Below, piece by piece: positions 26,536 to 40,597 of a stretch of DNA of 64,000 nucleotides. The notes beneath the pieces are model-generated. The model was not told the origin of the DNA. It saw nothing but the letters and a program-made list of their open reading frames with translations, and made no database searches. Made by a program: the position numbers and the translations under genes. How positions within the stretch are numbered: position 1 is the first letter of the stretch; every line of letters begins with the position of its first letter. The stretch is from the NCBI GenBank assembly GCA_951406725.2, contig OX597825.1, positions 12,338,001 through 12,402,000 on the forward strand. Direction: 5' to 3'. The DNA comes from Octopus vulgaris (Eukaryota).

Positions 26536-26949
26536 CTTTAAATGAGCATATGAATATGATATTGTTTGCGTATGTATGTGTAGCTGTAACACAGTGTGTT
26601 GGAGTATGAATTTGTGTAAGATGTATGACTATTTATTGCGTTTTGCATACGTTATCGGGGAAAACGGAATTTAATTGTTTCTCCAATGTGAAGCACACAA
26701 GAATTACAGGTCGAATAAAATCGATATCAGATCGAAGTGAGCCGCGCGCACAATTATCAAATAACCATAAAATAGTGAAATGAAGCGAGGAGAGAACCAT
26801 GCCAGAGTAAACAATTCTAACTGGAATAATGAATACAATGGCCAATAAAATGATATTCGTGCGGGTTTGGATGGGGGAAGGGCGTTACTATGGAGGGAGG
26901 GGGGGTAATTATCAGAAGAATTTGGATTGCAGAGGTAAACAAAGGAGAA

Positions 26950-27126
26950 GGATAATGGTGATGGTGATGATGATGATTCTGATGATGGTGATGTTGGTGA
27001 TTATGGTTATGATAATGGTGATAATGATGATGATGGTGATGATGGTGACGGTGATGATAATGATGATGTTGGTGATTATGATGACAATGATGTTGATGAT
27101 GATGATGATGATAATTATGATAATGG

Positions 27127-27200
<74 letters not shown>

Positions 27201-27648
27201 ATGATAATGGTGATAATGATGATGATGGTGATGATGGTGACGGTGATGATGATGATGAGTATGATGATGATGATGATGACGACAACGACTACGACCACGA
27301 CGACGATGACGGCAACAAAGATGATGATGATGATGATGACATTGATGATTGTATGGACGATGACGATGACGATAATTGCGATGCCGACGAGAACTGCGTT
27401 CCTGATTAGTAATCAGAACAGGATATGTAAGGGGGCGTCGAGGAAGACGACCAATGACGATGATTATGATTACGATGGTGAGGAAGTTGATAATGCTGCT
27501 GCTGCTGCCGCTGCTACTACATGTGATGTCGACGGAGATGATGGCGACGAGAAAAACGAAGATGAAGTTGACAACGACGATGATGATGGCGGTACGACGC
27601 CAAGAACCGCGGTGGACGACAGTAACGAAAATGATTGTGATGATGATA

Positions 27649-27683
<35 letters not shown>

Positions 27684-28113
27684 ATGAGGATGATGATGAT
27701 GATTATGGTGGTAGTGGTGGTGGTGGTGGTGGTGGTGGTGATGATGATGATGATGATGATGATTGTGGTGGTAGTGGTAACGGTGGTGATTCAGATGGCA
27801 ACGATGGCGAGCCGGATGCAGCTGCTGCTGATTATCCTTATCATTATGGTCATCTTTCGAATTATCGTTAACTGCATAATAATGATAATCGAGATAATGC
27901 GACGATTGCAACAGTGACAAATAGAAAATGATGTTGATTTTATAATGATGGCAACGAAGATGATAATAATGACGGTGACAAGGAAGGGCGGAAGGAGGAG
28001 GAATATGAGGGGAGGATGAGGAGAGGATGAGGAGAAGGAGGATGTTAATAATGATGGCGTCGATTAGCCATGCACTAAAGGTGGTAGTGACGATGGATAT
28101 GCGGATAGTGATA

Positions 28114-28153
<40 letters not shown>

Positions 28154-28190
28154 GGAGGAGGAGGAAGGTGAGGGGATGACGAGAAAGATG
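26950..28190. repeat. (GAT)n/(GGT)n/(GAC)n trinucleotide low-complexity tract
   Basis: Degenerate GAT repeats generating spurious poly-M/D/H/I ORFs. Confidence 0.95.
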
Positions 28191-28377
28191 CGGTTGAGAA
28201 GAAATGCTCGACATACGAAAAGATATGGGTTACTTAGAATTGTTGGACAACAGGTAGCAAGCTAAGCATTGTATATTATTATTATTTTTATTTTCTTTTG
28301 TAACTAAGACTTTGTTGGAACTCCTTGAGTCTTAAATGCGTAGGGAGTTTCCTACGGGTAGCCTATGGTATCATACT

Positions 28378-28778
28378 ATCTTTACTCTTTTACTCTTTTA
28401 CTTGTTTCAGTCATTTGACTGTGGCCATACTGGAGCACCGCCTTTAATCTAGCAACTCGACCCCGGGACTTATTCTTTTGCAAGCCCAGTACTTATTCTA
28501 TCGGTCTCTTTTGCCGAACCACTAAGTGACGGGGACGTAAACACACCAGCATCTGTTGTCAAGCAATGCTAGGGGGACAAACACAGACACACAAACACAC
28601 ACATACATATATACGACAGGCTTCTTTCAGTTTCCGTCTACCAAATCCACTCACAAGGCATTGGTCGGCCCGGGGCTATAGCAGAAGACACTTGCCCAAG
28701 GTGCCACGCAGTGGGACTGAACCCAGAACCATGTGGCTGGTTAGCTATCTACTTACCACACAGCCACTCCTGCTCCTA
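28378..28778 (-). mobile_element. SINE family B, full length
   Basis: (CTTTTACT)n tail through to head GGAGCAGGAGTGGCTGTGTGG on minus. Confidence 0.93.
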
Positions 28779-28829
28779 CTGTTTATTTTTATCAATTATC
28801 AAATACAAAGCTCACGATTCTGGCTGTGT

Positions 28830-29110
28830 TAACAAGGCAGGGCATTTCCTCTGGGCATTCTCTTCTCCCTTCTTTTATATTCCCCTTGTTCACTTCTAAC
28901 ACTGTCCATAAGGACCCATAAATAATTGGCATTATCTTCACGATTTTAATTATCCATGCTGGAGATATATCGTATTCATGAGTATCGTATGTCGATTTTT
29001 TCGCTTTTCTTCTTGACGTTCCGTGGGTCAAAGGGGCACACAATATCAATTATATAACCCATTTGGTTCACCTGTGCCCCACTACTGCGTCCAGCTTCAT
29101 TCTTATAATT
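28830..29110 (-). mobile_element. Decayed RLE endonuclease fragment of R4/Dong-type LINE
   Basis: YIIDIVCPFDPRNVKKKSEKI / WIIKIVKIMPIIYGSLWTV in two frames. Confidence 0.65.
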
Positions 29111-29649
29111 ATTATTGAGTGAGAGAGGAGTGCATTCCATGAATGTGACACCGGTCTGAAATATACGTAGTCCAGTATACACATCATGACCACCCGTCTG
29201 ATAAGAGTACACCAGGCACATTCATCACAAGCATATGTACGCGACATGGCGATGTCATATCAAGATAAGCAGCACTTGAAGTTGCAGGGGGGGGGGGGCA
29301 GTGAGAACTTTCCTCGGGTCAAATAGTCTCCCCCGCTCAAATGGTCCCAGAATAAGGGTTGTTTAAGGATATTGAACAAAACAGCCATGTTCCCAGAGGT
29401 GAATTATAGGAATCCCAAAAAATTCCTTTCAACATATGACAATGATGCCTCATCATCACTATTTCTGCTCGGGAGCAGAGATGCTCAATTGGTTAAGGTC
29501 AAACAACTGACAAGCAAATCTGTGGTATTGAGCAGAATATTTGCTGTAGCCCATCTTTTTATACCAAGAGAAAACATGTCCATGATAACACTTCCCATCA
29601 GTTAAGATCAGAACCTATGAGAGCCAGTGTCTTATACTGCATCAGAGCA

Positions 29650-29658
29650 TTCATTATT

Positions 29659-29690
<32 letters not shown>

Positions 29691-29716
29691 TATTATTATT
29701 ATCATCATCATCATCA

Positions 29717-29798
<82 letters not shown>

Positions 29799-29800
29799 CA

Positions 29801-29875
<75 letters not shown>

Positions 29876-29903
29876 GTGTTATTATTATTATTATTATTAT
29901 TAA
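29650..29903. repeat. (ATC)n/(ATT)n microsatellite
   Basis: Pure trinucleotide runs. Confidence 0.97.
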
Positions 29904-29904
29904 T

Positions 29905-30543
29905 ATTCTATGTTTGATTTTGCTTTATGTTTGTACAAGTTGGCTTCAAGTCTCATCCAGAGACCTCAAGAGACAACAGGTTGGAAGTTCACGTTGTTGT
30001 TATGCCTAGTGTGACATATATTTGGGGTTTTTTGGTGTTGTACTAGTGAATGTCTAATAAATAAATTTTAAAAAAAAGTTTGTTTTAAACCTTGAGATTA
30101 CATAGAGAGTATTTTGCGTAGTATATGAGCTGTTCCCATGTGCACTATCTTTTGAATTTCTGCCATTTTGGGGTTTCCTGGTATCTGAGTTAGGTAGCAA
30201 TCAGCCCCTTTCGCTATCATTCCCAGGGCACCTATGACAACAGGTATTGTTTTAGTCTTCAGGTTCCACATTTTGCTGATTTCTTTTTCAAGATCTTTAT
30301 ATTTGCTCAGTTTTTGGTAGGTCTTGACAGATACGTTTATATCGATTGGGACAGACATATCAATGAGGAGGCATGTTGTGTGTCTGAAGTCTTTCAATAT
30401 GATGTCTGGCCTGTTTGCATCTATCTTTCTGTCAGTTTGAATGGTGAAGTTCCAGAGGAGTGAGATGTGGTCATTTTCAAGCACTGGAGGTGGATTGTGT
30501 TCCCACCAGTTTTTTTTCATGGGGCAAATCCAGGTTTTTGCAA
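29905..30543 (-). mobile_element. 5'-truncated R4/Dong-type LINE: RLE endonuclease C-terminus plus 3' UTR, embedded in (TAA)n
   Basis: Open frame WWEH.P..VLEN...LLW.F.IQTD..I.ANRPDI...LID..VP...KLSKYKDL..EI..MW....IPVVIGALG...IQKIV..GTAHILRK; (ATT)n on both sides. Confidence 0.92.
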
Positions 30544-30568
30544 ATTATTATTATAATTATTATTATTA

Positions 30569-30643
<75 letters not shown>

Positions 30644-30675
30644 GTATTATCATCATTATTATTATTATTATTAAT
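30544..30675. repeat. (ATT)n microsatellite
   Basis: Pure run. Confidence 0.97.
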
Positions 30676-30879
30676 ATTTTTCTCTCAAATTTGTTTCCAT
30701 TTATTGCCAGGTGGTCTTCCGACACCTGGGGTAGAGAACCTCACCGCATAAATTGATAGACCTTAAAATAAAGAGACGAAAGTGTTAAGTTACAATATGC
30801 AATTATTTTGAAAGAGAATATTAACACCAAAATCAAATGCAGTTAGGTTAAAAGAGAATATTTACATGCGTGGTGATCG

Positions 30880-31250
30880 TTCTTACAGCATTAAGGTACT
30901 TCGTACTACGTGTAGCGTACCAGTTAAAAAAATATTTTGCTCTTCGTACATCGATGGTAAGCCAGGGATATTTCTCAAATATTTTTCAGTTCTTTTTTTA
31001 TATCACTCCAAGTGATCCTATAATCACTGGTATTTTAACCGTCTTCAGTTGCCATATATTTTTCAATTCAATGAGGAATTTTAAAATATTTTCTGAACAT
31101 ATTAAATTCTGTTGCCCATATATTATGATTACAAGAAATGCTAATAACCATCATTAATCCGTGGAACGATCTGGAAATCATATGTGCAACATCCTAACCA
31201 CCAGGACATTCACGTTCGCTTTGTATATATGGACAGTGGGACGTATTTCC
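30880..31250 (-). mobile_element. Older decayed RLE-LINE C-terminal fragment
   Basis: Minus strand LIELKNIWQLKTVKIPVIIGSLGVI at about 31078-31002. Confidence 0.7.
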
Positions 31251-31714
31251 CAGACTTAGAAATTGAAAAATCACAGAGAACAGTCAACAAAGATTTACAA
31301 CTATCAACGATTTGATGCATGACAATAAGTCTTCAGAGAATTTGGCGTAATGTAACAATCATATCTAACGAGTAAAATATATTATTCACATTTGAATCGA
31401 GAACAAAATGTAGCATACAAGAAGATATTCGACGTGGATAGCTTTGACAAAGATGAAGTAAAGCCGAGGGTGTTAGATGCTCCAGAACTAGTTAAGTTTG
31501 TGAAGAAAATTGTCGAAAAAGGTGTAAGTTAAAAGTATCGAGAGGAATCCAAGTAATTCGTGAGACCGCTCACCAGAATATTACGCAACAGTATATTGAT
31601 AGTAGTGGGTAATAAAGTAGTTTAAGAATTGTCGACGGAAAATAAGAAAAGAGGGAGCAGTGTACATCTTGGTTGAATAATTGGATACAAAAGCATTTGA
31701 GAGGCTTTAAAATG

Positions 31715-31776
<62 letters not shown>

Positions 31777-31949
31777 GCTGTGGGGTGTAATTTGAAACAA
31801 TGGAAGAGAAACAAATTGTAGGAAAAAGAAAATAAAGGTATAACGTAAGTAAAAATTGATTTGGGGTAACAGTCGAAACACGAAAGCACAGAGTAAAATA
31901 AAACTGTCAAGATAGAAAATAGACAACCATGTTAAGCAAAATCGCCTTT

Positions 31950-32330
31950 TTTCAAACCAATCAGAAACGTCTATTTGATATGCGTAAAGGAAATGAGAGA
32001 AGGAACTGCGTACGACCGGATGCTGAAGAAAGTAATTTAGTTGGGGGCCAACTTTGGGGGTGAAATGCCAGATGAATTAATAAAACGCAGCAGATAAAGT
32101 AAGTGGGAAATTACAGCAAAAGTTTAGAGGCGTAGAAAGCTGTTATCACGAAAACAAATGTTCGAAAGTAATTAAAAAAGGTAGGACAGTGGAAACGAAG
32201 ACGACCAGATCCGGGCTATGGGTACTGGTGAAAAGTGTTTACGAATTTCTAGGAAGCCATATTGATATAACTAAAATACTGCCCGTCAAAAGTAGTTTCA
32301 CTACTGTTTTTAAAAGTGAAAGGATCTGAC
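31950..32330 (+). mobile_element. Decayed LINE region just upstream of the RT domain
   Basis: IKKVGQWKRRRPDPGYGYW*KVF resembles the W-K-A-P-G-P-D-G....W.K motif of RLE LINEs. Confidence 0.45.
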
Positions 32331-32469
32331 TAATAGTGAACAATTAGTTAAAATGAAACGCCGGCTCAATTTACTAACCAATTAAATTACCCCCATGTGC
32401 ATTCGGTTTTGAAATGAAATCATTCACTAATTTAAGAAAACTGTATAATATTAATTTCAAATTTTGGGG

Positions 32470-32625
32470 AAGGATAAGTCGATGATATCGACCCCAGTTC
32501 TTAAATGGTAATTATATTATTGACCTCGAAAGAATGAACGGTAAATTCGATGTTGGCGGAATTTGAACTTAGAACGATAAGAGGGACGAAATGCCGCTAA
32601 GTATTTGCCTGGCGTGCTAACGATT
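32470..32625 (-). mobile_element. SINE family A, old diverged copy
   Basis: GGCGGAATTTGAACTTAGAACG...GCCGCTAAG..GGCGTGCTAACG. Confidence 0.75.
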
Positions 32626-32814
32626 CGAACCCACTGAAACGTCAATACTTTTTAAAGGTATTGGGAGTACCGTGCGAGATTGTTATCGTAGAAAAATAAG
32701 ACTTGGTGGGAACTGCACCCGTTTTAAGGAATGTATTATCTATATGAGGTTCTTGTTACTTGAAAGATGTCTAAAGACAAAGGGTGCATTTTCCCTCTAC
32801 ACTGCGGGAAAAAA

Positions 32815-32920
32815 TAATAATGACGATCATGGTGATGATGGTGATGAAGGTGAAGGTGATGATGATAATGATGATGATGATGATGATGATGATGTTGATG
32901 ATGATGATGATGATGATGAA

Positions 32921-32954
<34 letters not shown>

Positions 32955-33162
32955 TTGATGATGATGAAGGTGATGGTGATGGTGATGATGATGATGGTGA
33001 TGATGATGATGATGATGTTGATGATGATGATGATGATGGTGATGATGAATGTGATAATGATGATGATGATGATGACGATGATGATGAAGATGAGGTTGAT
33101 GATGATGAAGGTGATGATGATGATGATGTTGATTATGATGATGATGATGGTGATGATGATAT
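32815..33162. repeat. (GAT)n tract
   Basis: Degenerate trinucleotide repeat. Confidence 0.95.
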
Positions 33163-33699
33163 TGGTTTCAAAGTCTGGTACAAGGTCAGCAGTTCGTCAA
33201 TGAAGGAACGCCGCATAGGCGCGCGCAAACGTCCCCACAGATCCCGCGTCAACCTCTGGCCATGATTACTCCTCCCTTTTATATAGTGTACAACTTACAG
33301 GTACATATTAAGTGTAGGTTCATTCTCCCAAACCATTCACTTTACGTTCCGGTAGAATTTTACTAATCTATTTCGGGGCAGCACCTTACACTCCGCCCTC
33401 AATTCCACTTGAAATTTGAAAACGCCAATGAGAGTCCGCTCAAAATGGAAGGCATCTGCCCACAGTTCCTTTAGTGGCATCTACCATAAAAAAAAGAAAG
33501 AAAAAATCATGGGTAGGAGGATAATGAATAGGAAGAACAAGCCTGCGATTTTGTATGTTTATTTAGATAAGAGAGCAACACCACCCGTATAGAATATCCT
33601 TCGATTTCAAAATAATCCAAGATCCCGGAAAAATCCCTCGATTATATTTTTAATTCCATAAGGCTTTAGCTTTGAAAAAGTATCACGCCCCGCAGCTAC

Positions 33700-34141
33700 G
33701 ACAACCACCAACGATACGGCTAATAAAAACAACGTGAAGAACAACAACAGCAATAAGAATAACAACAGTAAAAAAAAAAACAGCGGCAATAAGAGCTACT
33801 ATAATAACGATTATTATGAAGAAGGTAATGGTGATAATGATGATGATGACAAGAACGACGATGATGGCGATGAAGATGTTAATGATAATAAAAAATGTAA
33901 TGATGATCACGATGATCACGATGATGATAACATTAATGGTGATAATAACGCTGATGATGATGATGATGATGATGTTGAAGGTGGTGGAGACGATGGTGAT
34001 GATGATGATGATGATGTTGATGGTGGTGGTGATGATGGTGATGATGATGGTGATGGTGGCGATGATGATGATGATGATGGTGATTATGATGATGATGAGA
34101 TGATGATGATGATGATGTTCAAGGTGGTGGTGATGGTGACG

Positions 34142-34173
<32 letters not shown>

Positions 34174-34190
34174 GATGATGGTGAAGGATG

Positions 34191-34239
<49 letters not shown>

Positions 34240-34450
34240 GGAGGTGGTGGTTATGATGATGATGATGATGAAGGTGGTGGTGATAGTGGTAATGATGTTG
34301 AAGACGACGACAACGACGACGATGATGATGATGATAACGTTAATGATGATGTTGTTGAAGATGATGAAAATGATGTTAAGGATGATCTTGAAGATGATGA
34401 TGATGAGGATGAGGAGGAGGTGGAGGTGGATTAGAAGGATGACAATGACG
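33700..34450. repeat. (AAC)/(GAT)n low-complexity tract
   Basis: Degenerate trinucleotide repeat. Confidence 0.93.
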
Positions 34451-35135
34451 ATAGTTATGTTTAGTTTCCTTATCGTAAATAACTGCCTAAAATTAAATAT
34501 CTGTAAACAGAGATAGCAACTGTGTGTCGGACTAAAAGAAAACAATTCCTCAAGTAAATTGCTGTATTGGGAATAATCAAAAAAGAGAACACAAGTTAAA
34601 TATAGGACCAAATCGCCGTGAAGTACGCGTAAACACAGTACGCAGGAAAAACAAAAACATTTCTAGATAATGCACGCACATTAAGACGAAATGTGTCTAT
34701 GATCGAACGCGATAAAAAAAAGGGGGGAATAAACATGACAACATCCTCATTGTTTTTAATGTGTCTGTGACTGCCAGTATCTACGTCCACCCGTTTAAAT
34801 GTATGAAGGGTGTGATTTGCTGTTGATATCAATCATATTTCCTGCAGACCATCAAACGGCGCTGCTAGAAAAAGCAAAGTGTGAGAAAAATTTGCTGACA
34901 TATTGTTTTGTAGTGTGTGTGTGAGTGGGAGTTTGTGTGTATGTATCTATCGGTGTATGATTAAGAGAAAAAAACTTGATTCATAAAACGGTCATTTACA
35001 GTATTATTAGAGTTGGGTATTTTCAGAAATATAACACACACTTACGGATGGATGAGTTCATTGTAGGTATGAGTGAGGAAAGTTTCAGAAGTTTTATAAT
35101 ATCAGGCTATATTTTGTATCACTTTGTGTGTATAT

Positions 35136-35538
35136 TACTCCTTTACTCTTTTAATTGTTTCAGTCATTTGACTGCGGCCATGCTGGAGCACCCCCTTTTA
35201 GTCAAGCAAATTGACCCCGGGACTTATTCTTTGTAAGCCCAGTACTTATTCTATCGGTCTATTTTGCCGAACCGCTGAGTGACGGGGACGTAAACACACC
35301 AGCATCGGTTGTCAAGCAATGCTAGGGGGACAAACACAGACACACAAACACATACACACACATGTATATATATACATATATACGACAGGCTTCTTTCAGT
35401 TTCCGTCTACCAAATCCACTCACAGGGCATTGGTCGGCCCGGGGCTCTAGCAGAAGACACTTGCCCAAGATGCCACGCAGTGGGACTGAACCCGGAACCA
35501 TGTGGCTGTTTATTAAGCTACTTACCACACAGCCACTC
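35136..35538 (-). mobile_element. SINE family B
   Basis: Near full-length copy. Confidence 0.92.
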
Positions 35539-35607
35539 ATATATATATACATACATACATATGTGTGTGTGTGTGTGTGTGTGTATGTGTGTGTATGTGC
35601 TGTGTAT

Positions 35608-35665
35608 ATTCCACTGAAGAGGCAAAGCATTTCCTATGGAAAGACAGAAATCCGGGATCTGGAAT
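35608..35665 (+). ncRNA. Type-I hammerhead ribozyme motif with damaged stem II base
   Basis: ATTCCA-CTGAAGA-(26 nt incl. TTTCC/GGAAA hairpin)-GAA-ATCCGGGAT-C-TGGAAT. Confidence 0.65.
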
Positions 35666-36000
35666 TATCCAGTAATTTTTTCCTAGTTTATTTTGTCGTT
35701 TTATCTTCTCCCCTGGTGTTGTATGAACTTTTAATATGGTTTTAGAGTCAAGTTTTAGCTGCTATTTCAAGCGTGGTGGTATCTCTTAGATACCCTAAAT
35801 TATAATTTTAATAATAATTATTACCTTTGAAGGTTTTTATTCCCATGCTGTCCACTTGATAATTTCGATATTTAAATAATGATCTTATACTTATATATAT
35901 ATATAAGAGGACGGCGTAGTGGGACTGAACCTGAGACCACAAGTTTCATAACAATACAACCATTATAACCATGCGTACTCCTCTTTAGATGCCTTAATAT

Positions 36001-36384
36001 TGGAAGCACTCCGTCGGTTACGACGATGAGGGTTCCGGTTGATCCGATCAACGGAACAGCCTGCTCGTGAAATTAACGTGTAAGTGGCTGAGCACTCCAC
36101 AGACACGTTTACCCCTAACGTAGTTCTCGGGATATTCAGCGTGACACAGAGAGTGACAAGGCCGGCCCTGTGAGATACAGGTACAACAGAAACAGGAAGT
36201 AAGAGTGAGAGAAAGTTGTGTTGAAAGTGTACAGCAGGGATCACCACCGCTCCCTGCCGGAGCCTCGTGGAGCTTTAGGTGTTTTTGCTCAATAAACACT
36301 CACAACGCTCGGTCTGGGAATCGAAACCGCGATCCTACGACCGCGAGTCCGCTGCCCTAACCACTGGGTCATTGCGACTCCCCT
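36001..36384 (-). mobile_element. SINE family C with 13-bp TSD
   Basis: GATGCCTTAATAT at 35988-36000 and 36385-36397. Confidence 0.93.
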
Positions 36385-36909
36385 GATGCCTTAATATATG
36401 TGAGACATGGCAAGAGTGAATCGAGTCTGAGGACACAGTCACATTGATAAATTTTATTGATTATAATATAGAGGACGTGAATGGGACTGTTGTTCTGTGC
36501 GGTTAATTAATTCAGATTCGTGACTGATGAGGAAATAGGAGCGCTGGGATTAAGAAGGAGAAATACATTGACACGCATGGCTACCATGATGTGATGTTCT
36601 CAAGTGTTACAAAGGGACAACTGTATTCTTTTTCCCGCTTTATACTTGACCGTCTGTTTGCGTCGACAACAATATAACGAGACAGACAAATATCTTATCA
36701 AAAATATAGAAATCAAAAATTCGAAAGCAGAAGCTGTGAAGAAAGAATACAAACAAAGCGAAAATTACATGGAGCAGTTGGGGTCTCTTTCCAATAAGGA
36801 AAGGGGAGGCTTTTAGTCCCTTATCGAATTAGCTTGATCAGCTCCCTTCACGGAAAGCTATTAAGCCGATTTAGTGCATATATTTAACAGTCCTCCACTG
36901 TGTTGCTGT

Positions 36910-37780
<871 letters not shown>

Positions 37781-38051
37781 GCGTAGTGGCGGTTGTTGTT
37801 TTTGGAAAATGCACATCTAGACGTTTGACTTAACGATTTATAATACGGAAATTCAACAACGGTGTTAATGCGATTCTGCGCACTTGCTTGCTTGTGTATG
37901 TGTGCGTTTGTGGAGGGGTAGAACAACGGGTACGGGTGCACATGTGCACGTGCCCGCGTGTGTGCCTGTGTCTGTATGCATGCCTGCGCAAGTGTGTATA
38001 TGTGTGTGTGTGTGTCTATGTATATGCATGCATATATATGGGTAAATGTGA

Positions 38052-38522
38052 GCAGGAGTGGCTGTGTGGTAAGTAGCTTGCTAACAAACCACATGGTTCC
38101 GGGTTCACTCCCACTGCGTGACATCTTGGGCAAGTGTCTTCTACTATAGCCTCGGGCCGACCAATGCCTTGTGAGTGGATTTGGTAGACGGAAACTGAAA
38201 GAAGCCTGTCGTATATATGTATATATATATATATATATATAACGGGAAGCTTTATGAAAATAGACAAAAGACGAAGGCAGGTGGGAAACATATATATATG
38301 TGTGTGTGTGTTTGTGTGTCTGTGTTTGTCCCCCTAGCATTGCTTGACAACCGATGCTGGTGTGTTTACGTCTCCGTCACCTAGCGGTTCGGCAAAAAGA
38401 GACCGATAGAATAAGTACTGGGCTTACAAAGAATAAGTCCCGGTGTCGATTTGCCCGACTAAAGGCGGTGCTCCAGCATGGCCGCAGTCAAATGACTGAA
38501 ACAAGTAAAAGAGTAAAAGAGT
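38052..38522 (+). mobile_element. SINE family B carrying a 50-bp insert in its (TA)n
   Basis: Full copy; insert 38240-38290 matches 9263-9310. Confidence 0.92.
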
Positions 38523-38524
38523 AT

Positions 38525-39205
38525 ATACATGTATGTGTGTGTGTGTGTGTGTGTGCGTGGATGACCATGTGTTTGTGTGTATTACCTTGTGTCTGTATGT
38601 GTCTATGTTTATGCATGCGTATGTATGAGTAAACGTGAGCGCATGCGCATGTGTTTGTGTGCGTTTACATGTTTGCGTGTGTATGTCTGTCTTATTCTAT
38701 GTGTGTGTGTGTACATGTGTGTCCTGCGAGTCTTTGTGTGTGTTTGCGTGTGTGCATGTGTGTGCATGTGTCTGTGTGTGTACGTGTGTGTCTATGGGCG
38801 TGTGTGCGTGTGTATATGTGTGTGTATGAGCATGTATAAATGTGTGTGTATGCGTGTGCATGTGTGTAAGTATGAGTATGTATGTATGTGTGTATGTATG
38901 TGTTTATGCGTGTGTATGTGTGTGTATGTGTGTGTGTGTGTTGCGAGTCTTTGTGTGTATTTGCGTGTGTATATGTGTGTATGTGTCTGTCTGTGTACGT
39001 CTGTGCCTATGTGTCTGTGTATGTGCGTGTATGTGCGTGTCTATGTGTGTGTGTGTATGTGTATGTGAATGTGCGTGTGTACGAGTGTGTATATTGTGTG
39101 TATGTGTGTATGTATGTGTGTGTATGTTTGTGCTCGTTGTCTTTGTGTGCATTTGCGTGTGTATGCTAGTGTTTATAATTGGATTTTCGGTGTGTGTGTG
39201 TGTGC
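38525..39205. repeat. Degenerate (TG)n tract
   Basis: TG/TA/CG dinucleotide mosaic. Confidence 0.93.
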
Positions 39206-39411
39206 CTCCATATAACGTTTTTGTTCATTGCAGAAGCTGTGGCGCTCTCTCGTTGGTTGTTTGGTTTATGTTAAGTTGTGTTGCTTTTGTTTAACGCAGA
39301 ACAACTTTTACTGTGGAGAACCTATGATCAAAAATGTTGTACCACTAACAATCACATCCTCTTCCTATGCACAAAACTGCCAGGAACATAACCCAACGTC
39401 TCGTTTCAAAC

Positions 39412-39637
39412 TTATTTCTTTACTACCCACAAGGGGCTAAACACAGAGAGAACAAACAAAGACAGACAAACGGATTAAGTCGATTCCATCGACCCCAGTG
39501 CGTAACTGGTACTTAATTTATCGACCCCGAAAAGATGAAAGGCAAAGTCGACCTCGGCGGAATTTGAACTCAGAATGTAGCGGCAGACGAAATACGGCTA
39601 CGTATTTCGCCCGGCGTACTAACGTTTCTGCCAGCTC
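39412..39637 (-). mobile_element. SINE family A with 15-bp TSD
   Basis: CGTCTCGTTTCAAAC on both sides. Confidence 0.93.
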
Positions 39638-39786
39638 GTCTCGTTTCAAACCATTACACATTGCTTGAATGACTGTTATCTCCTATTTGAAATATATTTA
39701 GCGATCACACAGAGTGGGCTTCATCGTCTACAGATTAGGGTATATAATGTGTTCAGTCAAAAGCTTCACAATATTTTAGTAACTTA

Positions 39787-40578
39787 AGGCGGCAAACTGG
39801 CACAAACGTTCGCACGCCGGGCGAAATGTTTAGGGGTATTTCGTCTGTCTTCACGTTGTGAGTGCAAATTCCGCCGAGGTCGACTTTGCCTTTCATCTTT
39901 TCGGGGTCGATAAATTAAGTACCAGTTACGCACTGGGGTCAATATAATCGTTTGTCTGTCCTTGTTTGTCCCCTCTATGTTTGGCCCCTTGTAGGCAGTA
40001 AAGAAATAAGAAACGTTAGCACGCCGGGCGAAATGTTGAGCCGTATTTCATGCCTTTGTGTTCTGAGGTCAAACTCCGCCGACGTCGACTTTGTCTTTTA
40101 TTCTCTCGAGGTCGATGGGATAAGCACCAGTTACGCACTGGGGTCGATGAAAGTGACTATCTCCATTCCCCAAAATTTCCAAGGCCTTGTGCCTTGAGTA
40201 GAAATAATTATTGTTGCTTTTAAAAAGGCGGCGAGCTGGCAGAAGCGTTAGCATGCTAGGCGAAATGCTAAGCGGTATTTCGTCTGCCGCTGCGTTCTGA
40301 GTTCAAATTCCGCCGAGGACGACTTTACCTTTCATCCTTTCGGGGTCGATAAATTAAGTACCAGTGACGCACTGATGTCGATGTAATCGACTTAATCCGT
40401 TTGTCTGTACTTGTTTGTCCCCTCTATATTAAGCCCCTTGTGGGTAGTAAAAGAAATAGGTATTTCGTCTGCCGCTACGTTCTGAGTTCAAATTCTGCAG
40501 AGGTCGACTTTGACTTTTATCCTTTCGGGGTCGATTAAATAAGTACCAGTTACGCACTGGTGTCGATATAATCGACTT
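39787..40578 (+). mobile_element. Run of four nested/tandem SINE A copies
   Basis: Heads at 39787 and 40227; partial copies from about 40010 and 40459. Confidence 0.9.
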
Positions 40579-40597
40579 CGTCAACGGACGTAATACC

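Noticed and set aside
26817-28214. 465-aa and 362-aa ORFs (His/Ile/Met/Asp-rich)
   Set aside because: Translations of a (GAT)n tract, open in several frames; no domain
32672-34516. Poly-Asp acidic protein ORFs
   Set aside because: (GAT)n repeats that drift between frames; no splice or domain support
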